A stretch of DNA of 64,000 nt. Origin: Chloroflexota bacterium (GTDB lineage: Bacteria; Chloroflexota; UBA11872). The stretch spans positions 2,339,475 to 2,403,474 of the forward strand of contig CBDEVI010000002.1 of the NCBI GenBank assembly GCA_965243625.1, written 5' to 3'. The position numbers were made by a program, and so were the translations under genes. Of the stretch, positions 1-8,273 are shown piece after piece; position 1 is the first letter of the stretch; each line of letters opens with the position of its first letter. The notes under the pieces are model-generated. The model was not told where the DNA came from and did not search any database. It saw nothing but the letters and a program-made list of their open reading frames with translations.

Positions 1-787
1 GAATCAACCCGGCGATAACGAGGTGCCGAAGTCGGACTAGATGTGCCGGCACCCTGTCTGGCGTCGGGTCCACGGGCTTCGTCTCGGGTTTCGGCTCAGG
101 CTCGGGATCGGGCACGCCGCTGTGCACCAGCGGAAACTCGAAGCGCGCCCGCACCCGACGCAGACTTGCAGCCACATCGTCGTCCGTCAGTTCGGCCGCG
201 CTCTCTCGCAGCATGCGAACGAAGGATTCATCCGGCACGCGGCCGAACAGCCCATTCAGCGCCATTTGCACCTGCCGGTCAACAAAGTGCGCATGCCATT
301 GCGCCTTGAGGCGATCCTTGGGTCCATCAGCGCGAGATAGAAAGTCGAGAATCTGAGCGACGCTCGCATCGTCATCGGTCACCCGAACGGAGTGAAGGAG
401 CTTTTCCGCGACCGGAACCGGCGCATGCGTGTTGTAGATGCGGTATTCATTCCCATCGGTCAGCACCACCCATTCCACGCCCGCCATGGTGGCGTAGCTC
501 ACGATCTGACTTGCCCACTTGTGATCGCCCAGGTTTTTGCCCAGTGCCTTGGCCTCCACGAAGAGGCTCGGCTTTCCAGCCTCCATCAGTGCATAGTCAA
601 CTCGGCTGTCGGAGCCTTGGAATCCGTATTCCTGCCGAACTTGCTCAAGGTCCCCGACGCGCCAGCCAAGAGCGTTGAGTAGTGGGTTGATCAGGCTGGC
701 TCTGGTTTCCATTTCAGTGATGCCCATTCCCCCATAGCGCTCGATGAGCTCGCGAATGTTCGGCAAGACATCCCGCACAGCGCTCAC
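1..787 (-). CDS. PD-(D/E)xK nuclease-fold protein with type I restriction enzyme R-subunit N-terminal (HsdR_N)-like domain; partial, 3' end leaves the window
   Basis: Hand translation of the minus strand (not in the ORF track because there is no stop in the window). GTG at 787 (TTG at 796 also possible), in-frame TAA at about 812-814. Sequence reads VSAVRDVLPNIRELIERYGG...RVDYALMEAGKPSLFVEAKALGKNL...WVVLTDGNEYRIYN, giving a D...E-A-K nuclease core. GC is about 57%, below the window average. Confidence 0.55.
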   Translation of the reverse strand, partial: MSAVRDVLPNIRELIERYGGMGITEMETRASLINPLLNALGWRVGDLEQVRQEYGFQGSDSRVDYALMEAGKPSLFVEAKALGKNLGDHKWASQIVSYATMAGVEWVVLTDGNEYRIYNTHAPVPVAEKLLHSVRVTDDDASVAQILDFLSRADGPKDRLKAQWHAHFVDRQVQMALNGLFGRVPDESFVRMLRESAAELTDDDVAASLRRVRARFEFPLVHSGVPDPEPEPKPETKPVDPTPDRVPAHLVRLRHLVIAGLI

Positions 788-850
788 GATGAACAAGTCT
801 CCATACCGTGATTAGGCCCGTATCTTACTCGCCGTCTGGATTGTCTGGCC

Positions 851-1600
851 CTACCCAAACCGCGACGCGAGCGCCCGATACAGCCCCGGCCACACTCCGT
901 GGAGCCAGATGGGGAGTCGCAGCCAGGCGGGCACCACGACCTCGTCGCGGTTGCGCTCGATGGCGTGCACGATGGCCTGGGCGACGCGCTCCGGGGGGAT
1001 GGGTCGTGGCCGGCGGCGGCGAAACGGGCTGCCGCGCCGCGCGAAGAACTCCGTATCCACCACGCCGGGCGAGACCGCGGTCACGCGCACGCCGGACTCC
1101 TGGATCTCGTAGCGCAGGCCCTCGCTGAAAGTGAGCAGGGCGGCCTTGGTGGCGGCGTAGAGCGCCTCGTCGCGGACGCCCACGTGGCCTGCAATCGAGG
1201 CCACGTTCACGATGTGCCCGCGCCGGCGCTCCAGCATGGACGGCAGCAGCGCCCGGGTGAGCCGCGTCGCGCCCAACAGGTTCACCGCCACCAGGTCGTC
1301 GATCTTGTCGGGCGGCATGGCGGCGAACGGCCCTTCCCAGCCGATGCCCGCGTTGTTGACCAGGATCTCGACCGGCTCGGATTCGCCCAACGCCGCCGCC
1401 AGCCGCTCGATGTCCGCCGGATCCGCCAGATCCGCGGCGACGGCCGTGCCGCCGGTGGCATCGCGGATCGCGGCGAGCGCCTGGAGGTCGCGTCCGGTGG
1501 CGATCACGCGCGCGCCCGCCCGCGCCAGGGCAACCGCCGTCGCGCGGCCGATGCCCGCCGTGGCTCCGGTCACCAGGGCCGTCGATCCGCGAATTCTCAT
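851..1600 (-). CDS. short-chain dehydrogenase/reductase (SDR family)
   Basis: ORF 851..1780(-). TGATAGIGRA Rossmann motif directly after internal Met 61 (MRIRGSTALVTGATAGIGRAT), plus NNAG and YAATK motifs. The upstream 60 codons look like GC-shadow, so the start is set at 1600. Confidence 0.9.
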   Translation of the reverse strand: MRIRGSTALVTGATAGIGRATAVALARAGARVIATGRDLQALAAIRDATGGTAVAADLADPADIERLAAALGESEPVEILVNNAGIGWEGPFAAMPPDKIDDLVAVNLLGATRLTRALLPSMLERRRGHIVNVASIAGHVGVRDEALYAATKAALLTFSEGLRYEIQESGVRVTAVSPGVVDTEFFARRGSPFRRRRPRPIPPERVAQAIVHAIERNRDEVVVPAWLRLPIWLHGVWPGLYRALASRFG

Positions 1601-1804
1601 GGGCGCCGAAGAATATTCCGCCTGTGGTCGCCAGCGGTCGGAGCGTATCGCGAAGCCGCCCATCGACTCACGGTGAGCCGCTGGCCCCTTCGTGATGCGC
1701 TTGTCGAACCGCGACGCAACGGCGAATCCTGCATTTCCGCTCTCGGAAACCTCTTGCCCCACCCCAGGCCAAACTGCCAACTCTCTTCCAGGTTCGGCCG
1801 GACT

Positions 1805-1829
1805 GGATTCCGGCTTTCGCCGGAATGAC
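1805..1829. repeat. REP-like hairpin, family A (GGATTCCGGCTTTCGCCGGAATGAC)
   Basis: Imperfect palindrome in the intergenic region. Related copies at 3024-3050, 37950-37975 and 54848-54878. Confidence 0.6.
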
Positions 1830-1950
1830 GGAGGGGCGACGTTGGAGCCGGACTAGCGCGAAGTGGCCACAAACGGCTCCGCGGGCGTTTGCCTCGATGC
1901 TTGGCGCGCGGCACGATCGAGCACCCGCCAATCCGTCATCCGGGCCTTCC

Positions 1951-2985
1951 ATGACCACCAGCGCCGCCGCGCCGGCCGAGCTGTTCGAGCGCTACCGAGA
2001 CGATGTCGACGCCGCCCTGCGCGCGGTGTTCGATGGCTTGGACTCGCCGCTGGCGACGATGGCCCGTTATCAGCTTGGCTGGGTGGACGCGGACGGCAAC
2101 CCGGTGCAGGCCAATCGCGGCAAGGCGCTGCGTCCGACCCTCTGCTTGCTCACCTGCGAGGCTCTGGGCGGCGACATCCAGGCGGCGCTGCCCGCGGCGG
2201 CGGGCGTGGAGCTGTTGCACAACTTTTCGCTGGTGCACGACGACGTGATGGACAACGACCTGCTGCGGCGCCACCGCCCCACTGTGTGGGCGGTGTGGGG
2301 CCAGGCCAAGGCCATCGACGCGGGCGACTTCATGCACGTGCTCGCGACGCTCAGCGTCCTGCGGGCGGGCACGCCCGACGACGCCCGCGCCGCGCGCGAC
2401 GCCGTGGAGGTGCTGACCCTGGGCTGCCGGCGCATGACCGAAGGGCAATACCTGGACATGGCCTACGAGGACGAGGATGCGGTGACGGTCGACGACTATC
2501 TCCGCATGATCGACCTCAAGACGGCGGCGTTGATCGGCACGGCCATGGAGCTGGGCGCGGTGTTCGCCGGCAACGATTCGACGGTGCGCGAGGCGGTGCG
2601 CGAGGCCGGCAGGGCGTTGGGCGCCGCCTTTCAGATTCGCGACGATTTCCTGGGCATTTGGGGCGACCCCGACGCCACCGGCAAGTCCGTCGAGAGCGAC
2701 ATTCAGAAGCGCAAGAAGACGCTGCCCATCGTGCACGCGATGACCGAGGGCGCCCCGGCCGACCGCGACCGCCTGCGAACCGCGCTCGCCGACCTGGAGG
2801 TCCCGCCGGACACCGCGGAGATCGTGGCGCTGCTCGAGCGGTCCGGCTCACGCGACTACGCGGAGTCGCTGGCCGAGAAGTATCACGCCGTGACCCGCGA
2901 TCTCCTCTCCGACGTGCCGCTCAACGCCTGGGGCGGCGAAGCCCTGGGCGCCCTGGCGGCCTTCACCGCGCGGCGAACGGTCTAG
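1951..2985 (+). CDS. polyprenyl (geranylgeranyl/farnesyl-type) diphosphate synthase
   Basis: ORF 1825..2985(+). Both Asp-rich motifs of trans-isoprenyl diphosphate synthases are present (LVHDDVMDND and FQIRDDFLGIWGD). Start moved to Met 43 (MTTSAAAP). Confidence 0.9.
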   Translation: MTTSAAAPAELFERYRDDVDAALRAVFDGLDSPLATMARYQLGWVDADGNPVQANRGKALRPTLCLLTCEALGGDIQAALPAAAGVELLHNFSLVHDDVMDNDLLRRHRPTVWAVWGQAKAIDAGDFMHVLATLSVLRAGTPDDARAARDAVEVLTLGCRRMTEGQYLDMAYEDEDAVTVDDYLRMIDLKTAALIGTAMELGAVFAGNDSTVREAVREAGRALGAAFQIRDDFLGIWGDPDATGKSVESDIQKRKKTLPIVHAMTEGAPADRDRLRTALADLEVPPDTAEIVALLERSGSRDYAESLAEKYHAVTRDLLSDVPLNAWGGEALGALAAFTARRTV

Positions 2986-3209
2986 CGCGTCTCCGCCAGC
3001 GCGACCATTCCGGTGGCCCGAATGTCATTCCGAGCCGCAGGCGAGGAATCTAAGGGGCTGGGAAAACGCGCAACGTCCTTAGATTTCTCACTGCGTTCGA
3101 AATGACATGTCGAGTGCCTCACCGCGGTGCTCGTGAGCCGTCCAGAACCTTGCCACCGGCTCGAAGCCGGCATGACCAACCGTCTAGCGCGTCTCCGCCA
3201 GCGCGACCA
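2980..3209. mobile_element. MITE-like insertion: 174-bp hairpin element flanked by perfect 28-bp direct repeats
   Basis: GTCTAGCGCGTCTCCGCCAGCGCGACCA occurs at 2980-3007 and again at 3182-3209. Internal inverted repeat: 3024-3055 (GTCATTCCGAGCCGCAGGCGAGGAATCTAAGG) versus 3077-3106 (CCTTAGATTTCTCACTGCGTTCGAAATGAC). Confidence 0.75.
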
Positions 3210-4626
3210 GCGTGGCCTTGTTCTGCGAGGCCTGCTCGTAGAGGTCCATCAGCGCCGCCGCCAGCGCGTGCGGCTCGTGGTGATGCGGCGCCGCCGGGTC
3301 CACCACGTCGGCCAGCACCGCCTGCACGCCCGCGTCCAGCAGCTCGACCTGCGTGGCCGGATCGCAGGTGACCAGCCGGGTGCCGCTGCCCTCGGGCAAC
3401 TCAACCTGCGTGTTGCTGTTGCCCAGCATGTATTGGAAGAGATCGGGCCCGACGTGCCGCGTGCAGCAGTAGACGTGCTCGGCGGGTCCAAAGTCGTCCG
3501 TCTCTCCAAGCTCGGTGGCCACGTTGCACACATAGACCTTGACGGCGCGCGAGGCGCGGATCGCCGTGGTCAGCCGACCCACCAGCAGGTTGGGAATCAC
3601 GCTGGTGAAGACGCTTCCCGGCCCCAGCACCACCATGTCCGCCGCCAGGATTTCCTGAATGGCCGCCGAATTGGCCGCCACGTGGCGCGGCTCGATAAAG
3701 ACGCGGGAAATGGGTTGGCCGGATGACCGCAGCTTGGATTCGCCGCGCACGATTCGCCCGTCGGCCAGCTCCCCCACCAGCCGGATGTCGGAGTGGGTGG
3801 AGGGGAGGATGCGCCCGCGCACCCGCAGCACGTCGCTGAGCGCGCGCACGCCCTGCTCGAAATTCCCGTCCTTGAGCTCGGTGGTCGCGGCGATGAGCAG
3901 GTTGCCCAGGCTGTGCCCCTGGAGGCCGCCGCCGCGGCTGAAGCGATAGTTCATCACCTCGTTCATCAGCGACTCGGAGTCGGCCAGCGCGGCCAGGCAC
4001 TGGCGCACGTCGCCCGGCGGCGCGAGGCCAAACTCCTCCCGCAGCCGCCCCGAGCTGCCGCCGTCGTCGGCCACCGTCACCACGGCGGTGATGTTGTTGG
4101 TGTGCTCCTTGAGCCCTCGCAGAAGGATGCCCAGCCCCGTGCCGCCGCCGATGGCCACGATTCGCGGACCGCGCTGCAGCCGGCGGCTCTGGTAGAGCGT
4201 TTCGGCAATGTTGTCGTCGGGGCTCACGACCACCGACAGCACCGTGCGTCCGAGCAGGAACCCGCCGGCGACGACCCCCGCCAGGCCCAACCCGCCGACC
4301 ACCAGCGAGCGGAAGGGATGCTCGATGAACTGCAGTGTCATGTAGTAGACCACCGAGCCGGCCGGACCCGGCACGTCGATGGTGCGGTAGACGTAGGCCA
4401 GGAACATGGCCAGCGCCAGCGCCAGGATGACCGTGCCCGCGAAGATGAGGAGGATGTAGCGCTTGACGCCGATACCGAGGGTTAGCCAACGACGTGAGCG
4501 CATGCGCGGACGAGCCTCCAGCCAACGAAGAAGTCCGCCGTCGTCGCGACGCTGGGACTCGGCGGCGCGGAGTACCCGGGTGACCCAGAGATCAATTATA
4601 CGCAGCGCCTGTGGCGCGGTTATCAA
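3184..4626 (-). CDS. YvcK/CofD-family (UPF0052, gluconeogenesis factor-like) protein with N-terminal membrane extension
   Basis: ORF 3184..4626(-). Family signature IVAIGGGTGLGILLRGL...VVTVADDGGSSGRLR. About 150 N-terminal residues with two hydrophobic helices precede the domain. Met 42 (4503) is an alternative start. Confidence 0.85.
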   Translation of the reverse strand: MITAPQALRIIDLWVTRVLRAAESQRRDDGGLLRWLEARPRMRSRRWLTLGIGVKRYILLIFAGTVILALALAMFLAYVYRTIDVPGPAGSVVYYMTLQFIEHPFRSLVVGGLGLAGVVAGGFLLGRTVLSVVVSPDDNIAETLYQSRRLQRGPRIVAIGGGTGLGILLRGLKEHTNNITAVVTVADDGGSSGRLREEFGLAPPGDVRQCLAALADSESLMNEVMNYRFSRGGGLQGHSLGNLLIAATTELKDGNFEQGVRALSDVLRVRGRILPSTHSDIRLVGELADGRIVRGESKLRSSGQPISRVFIEPRHVAANSAAIQEILAADMVVLGPGSVFTSVIPNLLVGRLTTAIRASRAVKVYVCNVATELGETDDFGPAEHVYCCTRHVGPDLFQYMLGNSNTQVELPEGSGTRLVTCDPATQVELLDAGVQAVLADVVDPAAPHHHEPHALAAALMDLYEQASQNKATLVALAETR

Positions 4627-4694
4627 ATCCGCGGCGACAGCTGAGCCGGCGATGTGGCGCCGATCGACAGCGACCTGGGGGTAGGCTGCATGGC

Positions 4695-5540
4695 ATGCGC
4701 GCGTCCAATTCCGACAACCCGATGAACTCCGCGATCCGGCTGCTGGCCCTGGATCTCGACGGCACCATCGTCAGCGGCGAGCAGGGCGTCACGCCACGGG
4801 TGCGGACGGCCATTCGCCGCGCCCAGGCGCAGGGCGTGGCCGTGACCATCGCCACCGGCCGCATGTTTCGCTCGGCCCGGCGGTTCGCCCGCGACCTCGA
4901 CGTCACCGCGCCGATCATCTGCTACCAGGGGGCGCTGGTGCGCAACCCCGTCACCGGCGAAACCCTGCACTCGAGCGTGCTGCCGGTCCAACCCGGGTTG
5001 GACGTGGTGGCGTACGCCAAGACGCGCCGCTGGCACATCAACGCCTACGTGAATGACGAGCTCTACATGGAGGCAGCCACGCCCGAGGGCCGCTTCTACG
5101 CCGAGACCTCCGACGTGCCGATCCGGCTGATCCCCGATCTCGCGGCGGCCGTGCACCGCGGCACGACCAAGCTTGTCGTCGTGGCCGACCAGGCCGACGT
5201 GCCGGCGATCGTGAGCGACCTCGACGAGCGGTTCCGATCCGTGCTGGACATTACCCGCTCCCATCCGCGATTCGCGGAAGCGATCGGGCAGGACGTGAGC
5301 AAAGGCCAGGCGCTGCACTTGCTCGCGCGGGCGCTGGGCATCGCGCCCGAGGCGACCATGGCGATCGGCGACAACCTCAACGACCTCGACCTCGTCACGG
5401 CGGCCGGCGTCGGCGTGGCCATGGGCGACGGCGATCCGCGCGTGCGCGCCGCCGCCGATTGGGTCACCGGCACCTACGCAGACGACGGCGCGGCGTTGGC
5501 CATCGAACGGTTCGTGCTGGGCGAGGAAGCCGAACCGTGA
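4695..5540 (+). CDS. Cof-type HAD-IIB family hydrolase
   Basis: ORF 4611..5540(+). Motif I LLALDLDGTIV and motif IV GDNLNDLDL. Start set at Met 29. Confidence 0.85.
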   Translation: MRASNSDNPMNSAIRLLALDLDGTIVSGEQGVTPRVRTAIRRAQAQGVAVTIATGRMFRSARRFARDLDVTAPIICYQGALVRNPVTGETLHSSVLPVQPGLDVVAYAKTRRWHINAYVNDELYMEAATPEGRFYAETSDVPIRLIPDLAAAVHRGTTKLVVVADQADVPAIVSDLDERFRSVLDITRSHPRFAEAIGQDVSKGQALHLLARALGIAPEATMAIGDNLNDLDLVTAAGVGVAMGDGDPRVRAAADWVTGTYADDGAALAIERFVLGEEAEP

Positions 5541-5584
5541 GCCGCTCCGCGCCACCCGCCGACGCGGCCATCGACCGCTGCGCC

Positions 5585-5942
5585 TGAGTGGCTGCCAAGG
5601 AGGGCCGCGCGCCACTGGATCTAGCGAGTCAGACCCTATCTAGTCGTAGACTATGGCAACCACCCCAGCTTCTTCGGCGGCTGGGATAGAGGCCGCCTAC
5701 GGGCGGCCTCTGCTACGTTCCGCGTATGGACGCCAACCTCTACGTGGACGGATTCAACCTCTACTATCGGGCGCTCAGACACACGCCCTGGCACCGGCTT
5801 GACCTGAAAGCTCTTGCCCACTCCCCGCTTCCTCAGTGTCAACTCCCCATCACGCTCTCGGATTCCTTCGGCACGATCACGCGACCGTCAGCGTGGCAGG
5901 GCTCCGGCGAGCGGTGAGTCGACCGCCCCGGAAAGGCGACCG
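5585..5942. other. 358-bp insert between two diverged copies of the tsaC 5' end
   Basis: 48-nt copies at 5537-5584 and 5943-5990 share 42/48 identities. The insert carries a strong hairpin (5688-5711, AGAGGCCGCC-TACG-GGCGGCCTCT) and a gene remnant. Confidence 0.65.
5726..5917 (+). pseudogene. 5' remnant of a NYN/LabA-like (PIN-related) domain gene
   Basis: ORF 5726..5917(+). MDANLYVDGFNLYYRALRHTPWHRLDLKAL resembles the conserved N-terminus (xVYIDGFNLYY) of NYN-domain proteins. The resemblance is lost after about 35 residues. Confidence 0.45.
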
Positions 5943-6584
5943 CTGAGCCGCCCCACGCCACCTACCGAGGCGGCCATCGACCGCTGCGCCCGCGTCATCG
6001 CCGGCGGCGGTGTGGCGGTGGTCCCCACCGATACGCTCTACGGCCTGGCGGCCGGCATCACCAACGCCGAAGCCGTGGCGCGCGTGGCCGCCATCAAGGG
6101 CCGCGCGCTCGGCACCGGCATGCCGGTGCTGCTGGCCGCGTCGGAGCAGGTCGCGGCGGTCGGCTTCGACGCGCCCTACCTCGAAGAGCTTGGCGCCGCC
6201 TTTTGGCCGGGTGGCGTGACCCTGGTGATCCCCGCCCGGCCCGCAATCGACCCGCGCATCACCGACGCGCGCCGCACGGTGGCGGTGCGCGTGCCGGGTA
6301 TGGCGGTTACGCGCGAGATCTGTCGACGCGCCGGCGCTCCGATCACCGGCACCAGCGCCAACCGCCACGGCGACCCGCCGCCCACCACCGCCGCCGATGC
6401 CCGCGCCGCGCTTGGCGACACCGTGGACGCGCTGCTGGACGGCGGACCCGTTGGCGGCACCGCCTCCACCATCGTGGATCTCACCGGCGACCGCCCGCGC
6501 ATCCTCCGCGCCGGCGCCGTCACCTGGGACGACCTGCGCCGCATTGCGCCCACCATCGCGAATACGCCGAGCGGCGCGCCCTGA
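5814..6584 (+). CDS. tsaC: L-threonylcarbamoyladenylate synthase, YrdC/TsaC domain protein
   Basis: ORF 5814..6584(+). VAVVPTDTLYGLAA and TSANRHG motifs of the YrdC/Sua5 domain. The first 43 codons lie in inserted DNA, so the real start is uncertain. Confidence 0.85.
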   Translation: MPTPRFLSVNSPSRSRIPSARSRDRQRGRAPASGESTAPERRPLSRPTPPTEAAIDRCARVIAGGGVAVVPTDTLYGLAAGITNAEAVARVAAIKGRALGTGMPVLLAASEQVAAVGFDAPYLEELGAAFWPGGVTLVIPARPAIDPRITDARRTVAVRVPGMAVTREICRRAGAPITGTSANRHGDPPPTTAADARAALGDTVDALLDGGPVGGTASTIVDLTGDRPRILRAGAVTWDDLRRIAPTIANTPSGAP

Positions 6585-8098
6585 TGGCCACAACGTTTGG
6601 CGCTCCGGCGGTCGCCAGGCGCTTCATGCGGGCGCTGCCGACACCCAGTCCGCGCGTCCGGGCCTGGCTGCTGGCAATTTTTCTGGCCGCGAATATCGCG
6701 TTGGCGCTCATTCCAGCGGGAGACGCGCAGCGACTCGGATGGCTCGGACAGGCCGCCTGGCTCAGGGAGCTGGACGCCGAAACGGAGGTCTCGCTTGCCA
6801 ACACGTACTCCGTGGTCGTTTGGGCCGCCATCGCCGCGCTGGGACTCGCGCAACTCGCCCGTCCCAGGCCCGCCGACGCCCGCAGGTGGTTGCGAGTGCT
6901 CGGCTGGCTGAGCGTGGCCGTCCTGGCCGCGCTTGTGGCGCTCGAGGAAGGTCTCAGTCAGAAAGACGGGGTCGTCGCGGACATGGCCTGGATTGACGCG
7001 GCGACCCTGGGGCGTGGCACGGTGCCACTGGAGCCCCGCTGGCTCGTGGTGGCCGTGCCGCTGTTCGCTCCGCTGCTTGCCGCGGCCGGCTGGGTCTTCC
7101 ACACGGATCAGCGCGGCCATCCCGCCTTGCGGCTGTGCACGCTGCTCGCGGCGGTCCTCCTGGTGGAAGCCGTAGCCCAAGACGCGTTCAACGTGCTCAA
7201 TATCTCGATTCCCGCTTGGCATCAGCTGATGGAAGAGTCCGCGCAAATCGTGGGCGCCGCCGCGCTGGCGGTCATCCTCGTGGAGATGTTGGCCAGGCCG
7301 AAATCCGCCCACGCGGCACGCGAAATGCGTGCGGGGGAGCGCTGGGTGGCGGTCGCGGTCTGCGCGGCGCTGCTGGCGGCGAGCGCGTTCGCCCTGGTGT
7401 CGCACCGACACCTCAAAGACGACGGTTGGGAACTCACCGCTCCACGGTTCTACACCGGCCCAATCACGTTGGTTGAGCAGCCGTTCAGGGTGCATCAGGA
7501 CTACTTCTCACGCATCGACGTCTGGGCATATGCCGATGGCGGTCCACCCGGCGCAACGGCTCAAGTCTTCGCCCGTCTGACACCCGAGGGCTCGGATCGC
7601 CCAATCCGCGAGAGCCGCGCCGAGGTCCATGGCGCCCGTTTCAGCAACGCGACGGCCACCTTCGGATTCGATCCCATCCCCGACAGCCGCGGGAAGGTCT
7701 ACACGCTGGCCGTAGGCACCCTGCCGGGTCCAGTCCCCTGGGTGTTTCTTGGCATGAACAACGGTGACACGATCGCCGAGGGCACGGCTCTGGTCAGCGG
7801 TGCGCCGACGCCCCATGCCGATGACCTGGCGCTGCGCACCGCGTGGACCGGTCGCTCCATTGAGGGGCTGTACCCGCAAGACCCCCGCCACTGGGGGCTG
7901 ATTGGCAAAGTGATGGGCCATATCTTCGTATGGGTATTTCTGGTCGTGGCCATCTGGTCGGGGCTCTCCGGCCACCGGCCCCAATTCTGGCGCCGCTTCG
8001 TATGGCCCTCGGTGGGAATCAGCGCCCTTGTCACTGCCGGCGTCGTCGGCATCGCGCTGGCGCTCGTTACGGTGCTGTCGCCCGCGCTCGTCGTGTGA
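6584..8098 (+). CDS. polytopic membrane protein with a beta-rich extracytoplasmic domain, unknown function
   Basis: ORF 6203..8098(+). Start set at MATTFGAP, where the ATG overlaps the tsaC stop (TGATG). Multiple hydrophobic helices, a soluble segment (FRVHQDYFSRIDVWAYADGG...VYTLAVGTLPG), then two C-terminal helices. Confidence 0.7.
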   Translation: MATTFGAPAVARRFMRALPTPSPRVRAWLLAIFLAANIALALIPAGDAQRLGWLGQAAWLRELDAETEVSLANTYSVVVWAAIAALGLAQLARPRPADARRWLRVLGWLSVAVLAALVALEEGLSQKDGVVADMAWIDAATLGRGTVPLEPRWLVVAVPLFAPLLAAAGWVFHTDQRGHPALRLCTLLAAVLLVEAVAQDAFNVLNISIPAWHQLMEESAQIVGAAALAVILVEMLARPKSAHAAREMRAGERWVAVAVCAALLAASAFALVSHRHLKDDGWELTAPRFYTGPITLVEQPFRVHQDYFSRIDVWAYADGGPPGATAQVFARLTPEGSDRPIRESRAEVHGARFSNATATFGFDPIPDSRGKVYTLAVGTLPGPVPWVFLGMNNGDTIAEGTALVSGAPTPHADDLALRTAWTGRSIEGLYPQDPRHWGLIGKVMGHIFVWVFLVVAIWSGLSGHRPQFWRRFVWPSVGISALVTAGVVGIALALVTVLSPALVV

Positions 8099-8273
8099 GC
8101 GCGGGGCGATGCACGCTGGGCGCCGCTGGCCGATCCCGACAAACCCGTTCCAGAATCCGTAGCGAGTTCGCGCGGCCCTGACCAGGGAGACCAGCGCGGC
8201 GGTGGCCACGGCCACCCTCGCCCTGGTTCGAGTCGCCGGCCACGAATGTGGCCGAGGTTGTGCGGGTCGGCGC

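Noticed and set aside
899-1828. 309-aa plus-strand ORF mirroring the SDR gene, and similar mirror ORFs (3401..4525, 6176..7495, 20201..21859, 59710..60957)
   Set aside because: Each is antisense or out of frame to a gene with strong family motifs, and each has the Arg/Pro/Gly-rich composition of GC-shadow frames.
2982-3179. 65-aa minus-strand ORF inside the hairpin element
   Set aside because: It consists of REP-derived sequence (HFERSEKSKD-type peptide) fused to the duplicated last 8 codons of yvcK. It is an artefact of the insertion.
5688-5711. tRNA or other small RNA genes in hairpin-rich intergenic regions
   Set aside because: The hairpins examined (5688-5711, 18038-18063, and the REP families) are simple stem-loops without a cloverleaf arrangement. 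No rRNA-like sequence was seen. A tRNAscan or Infernal run would be needed to be certain.
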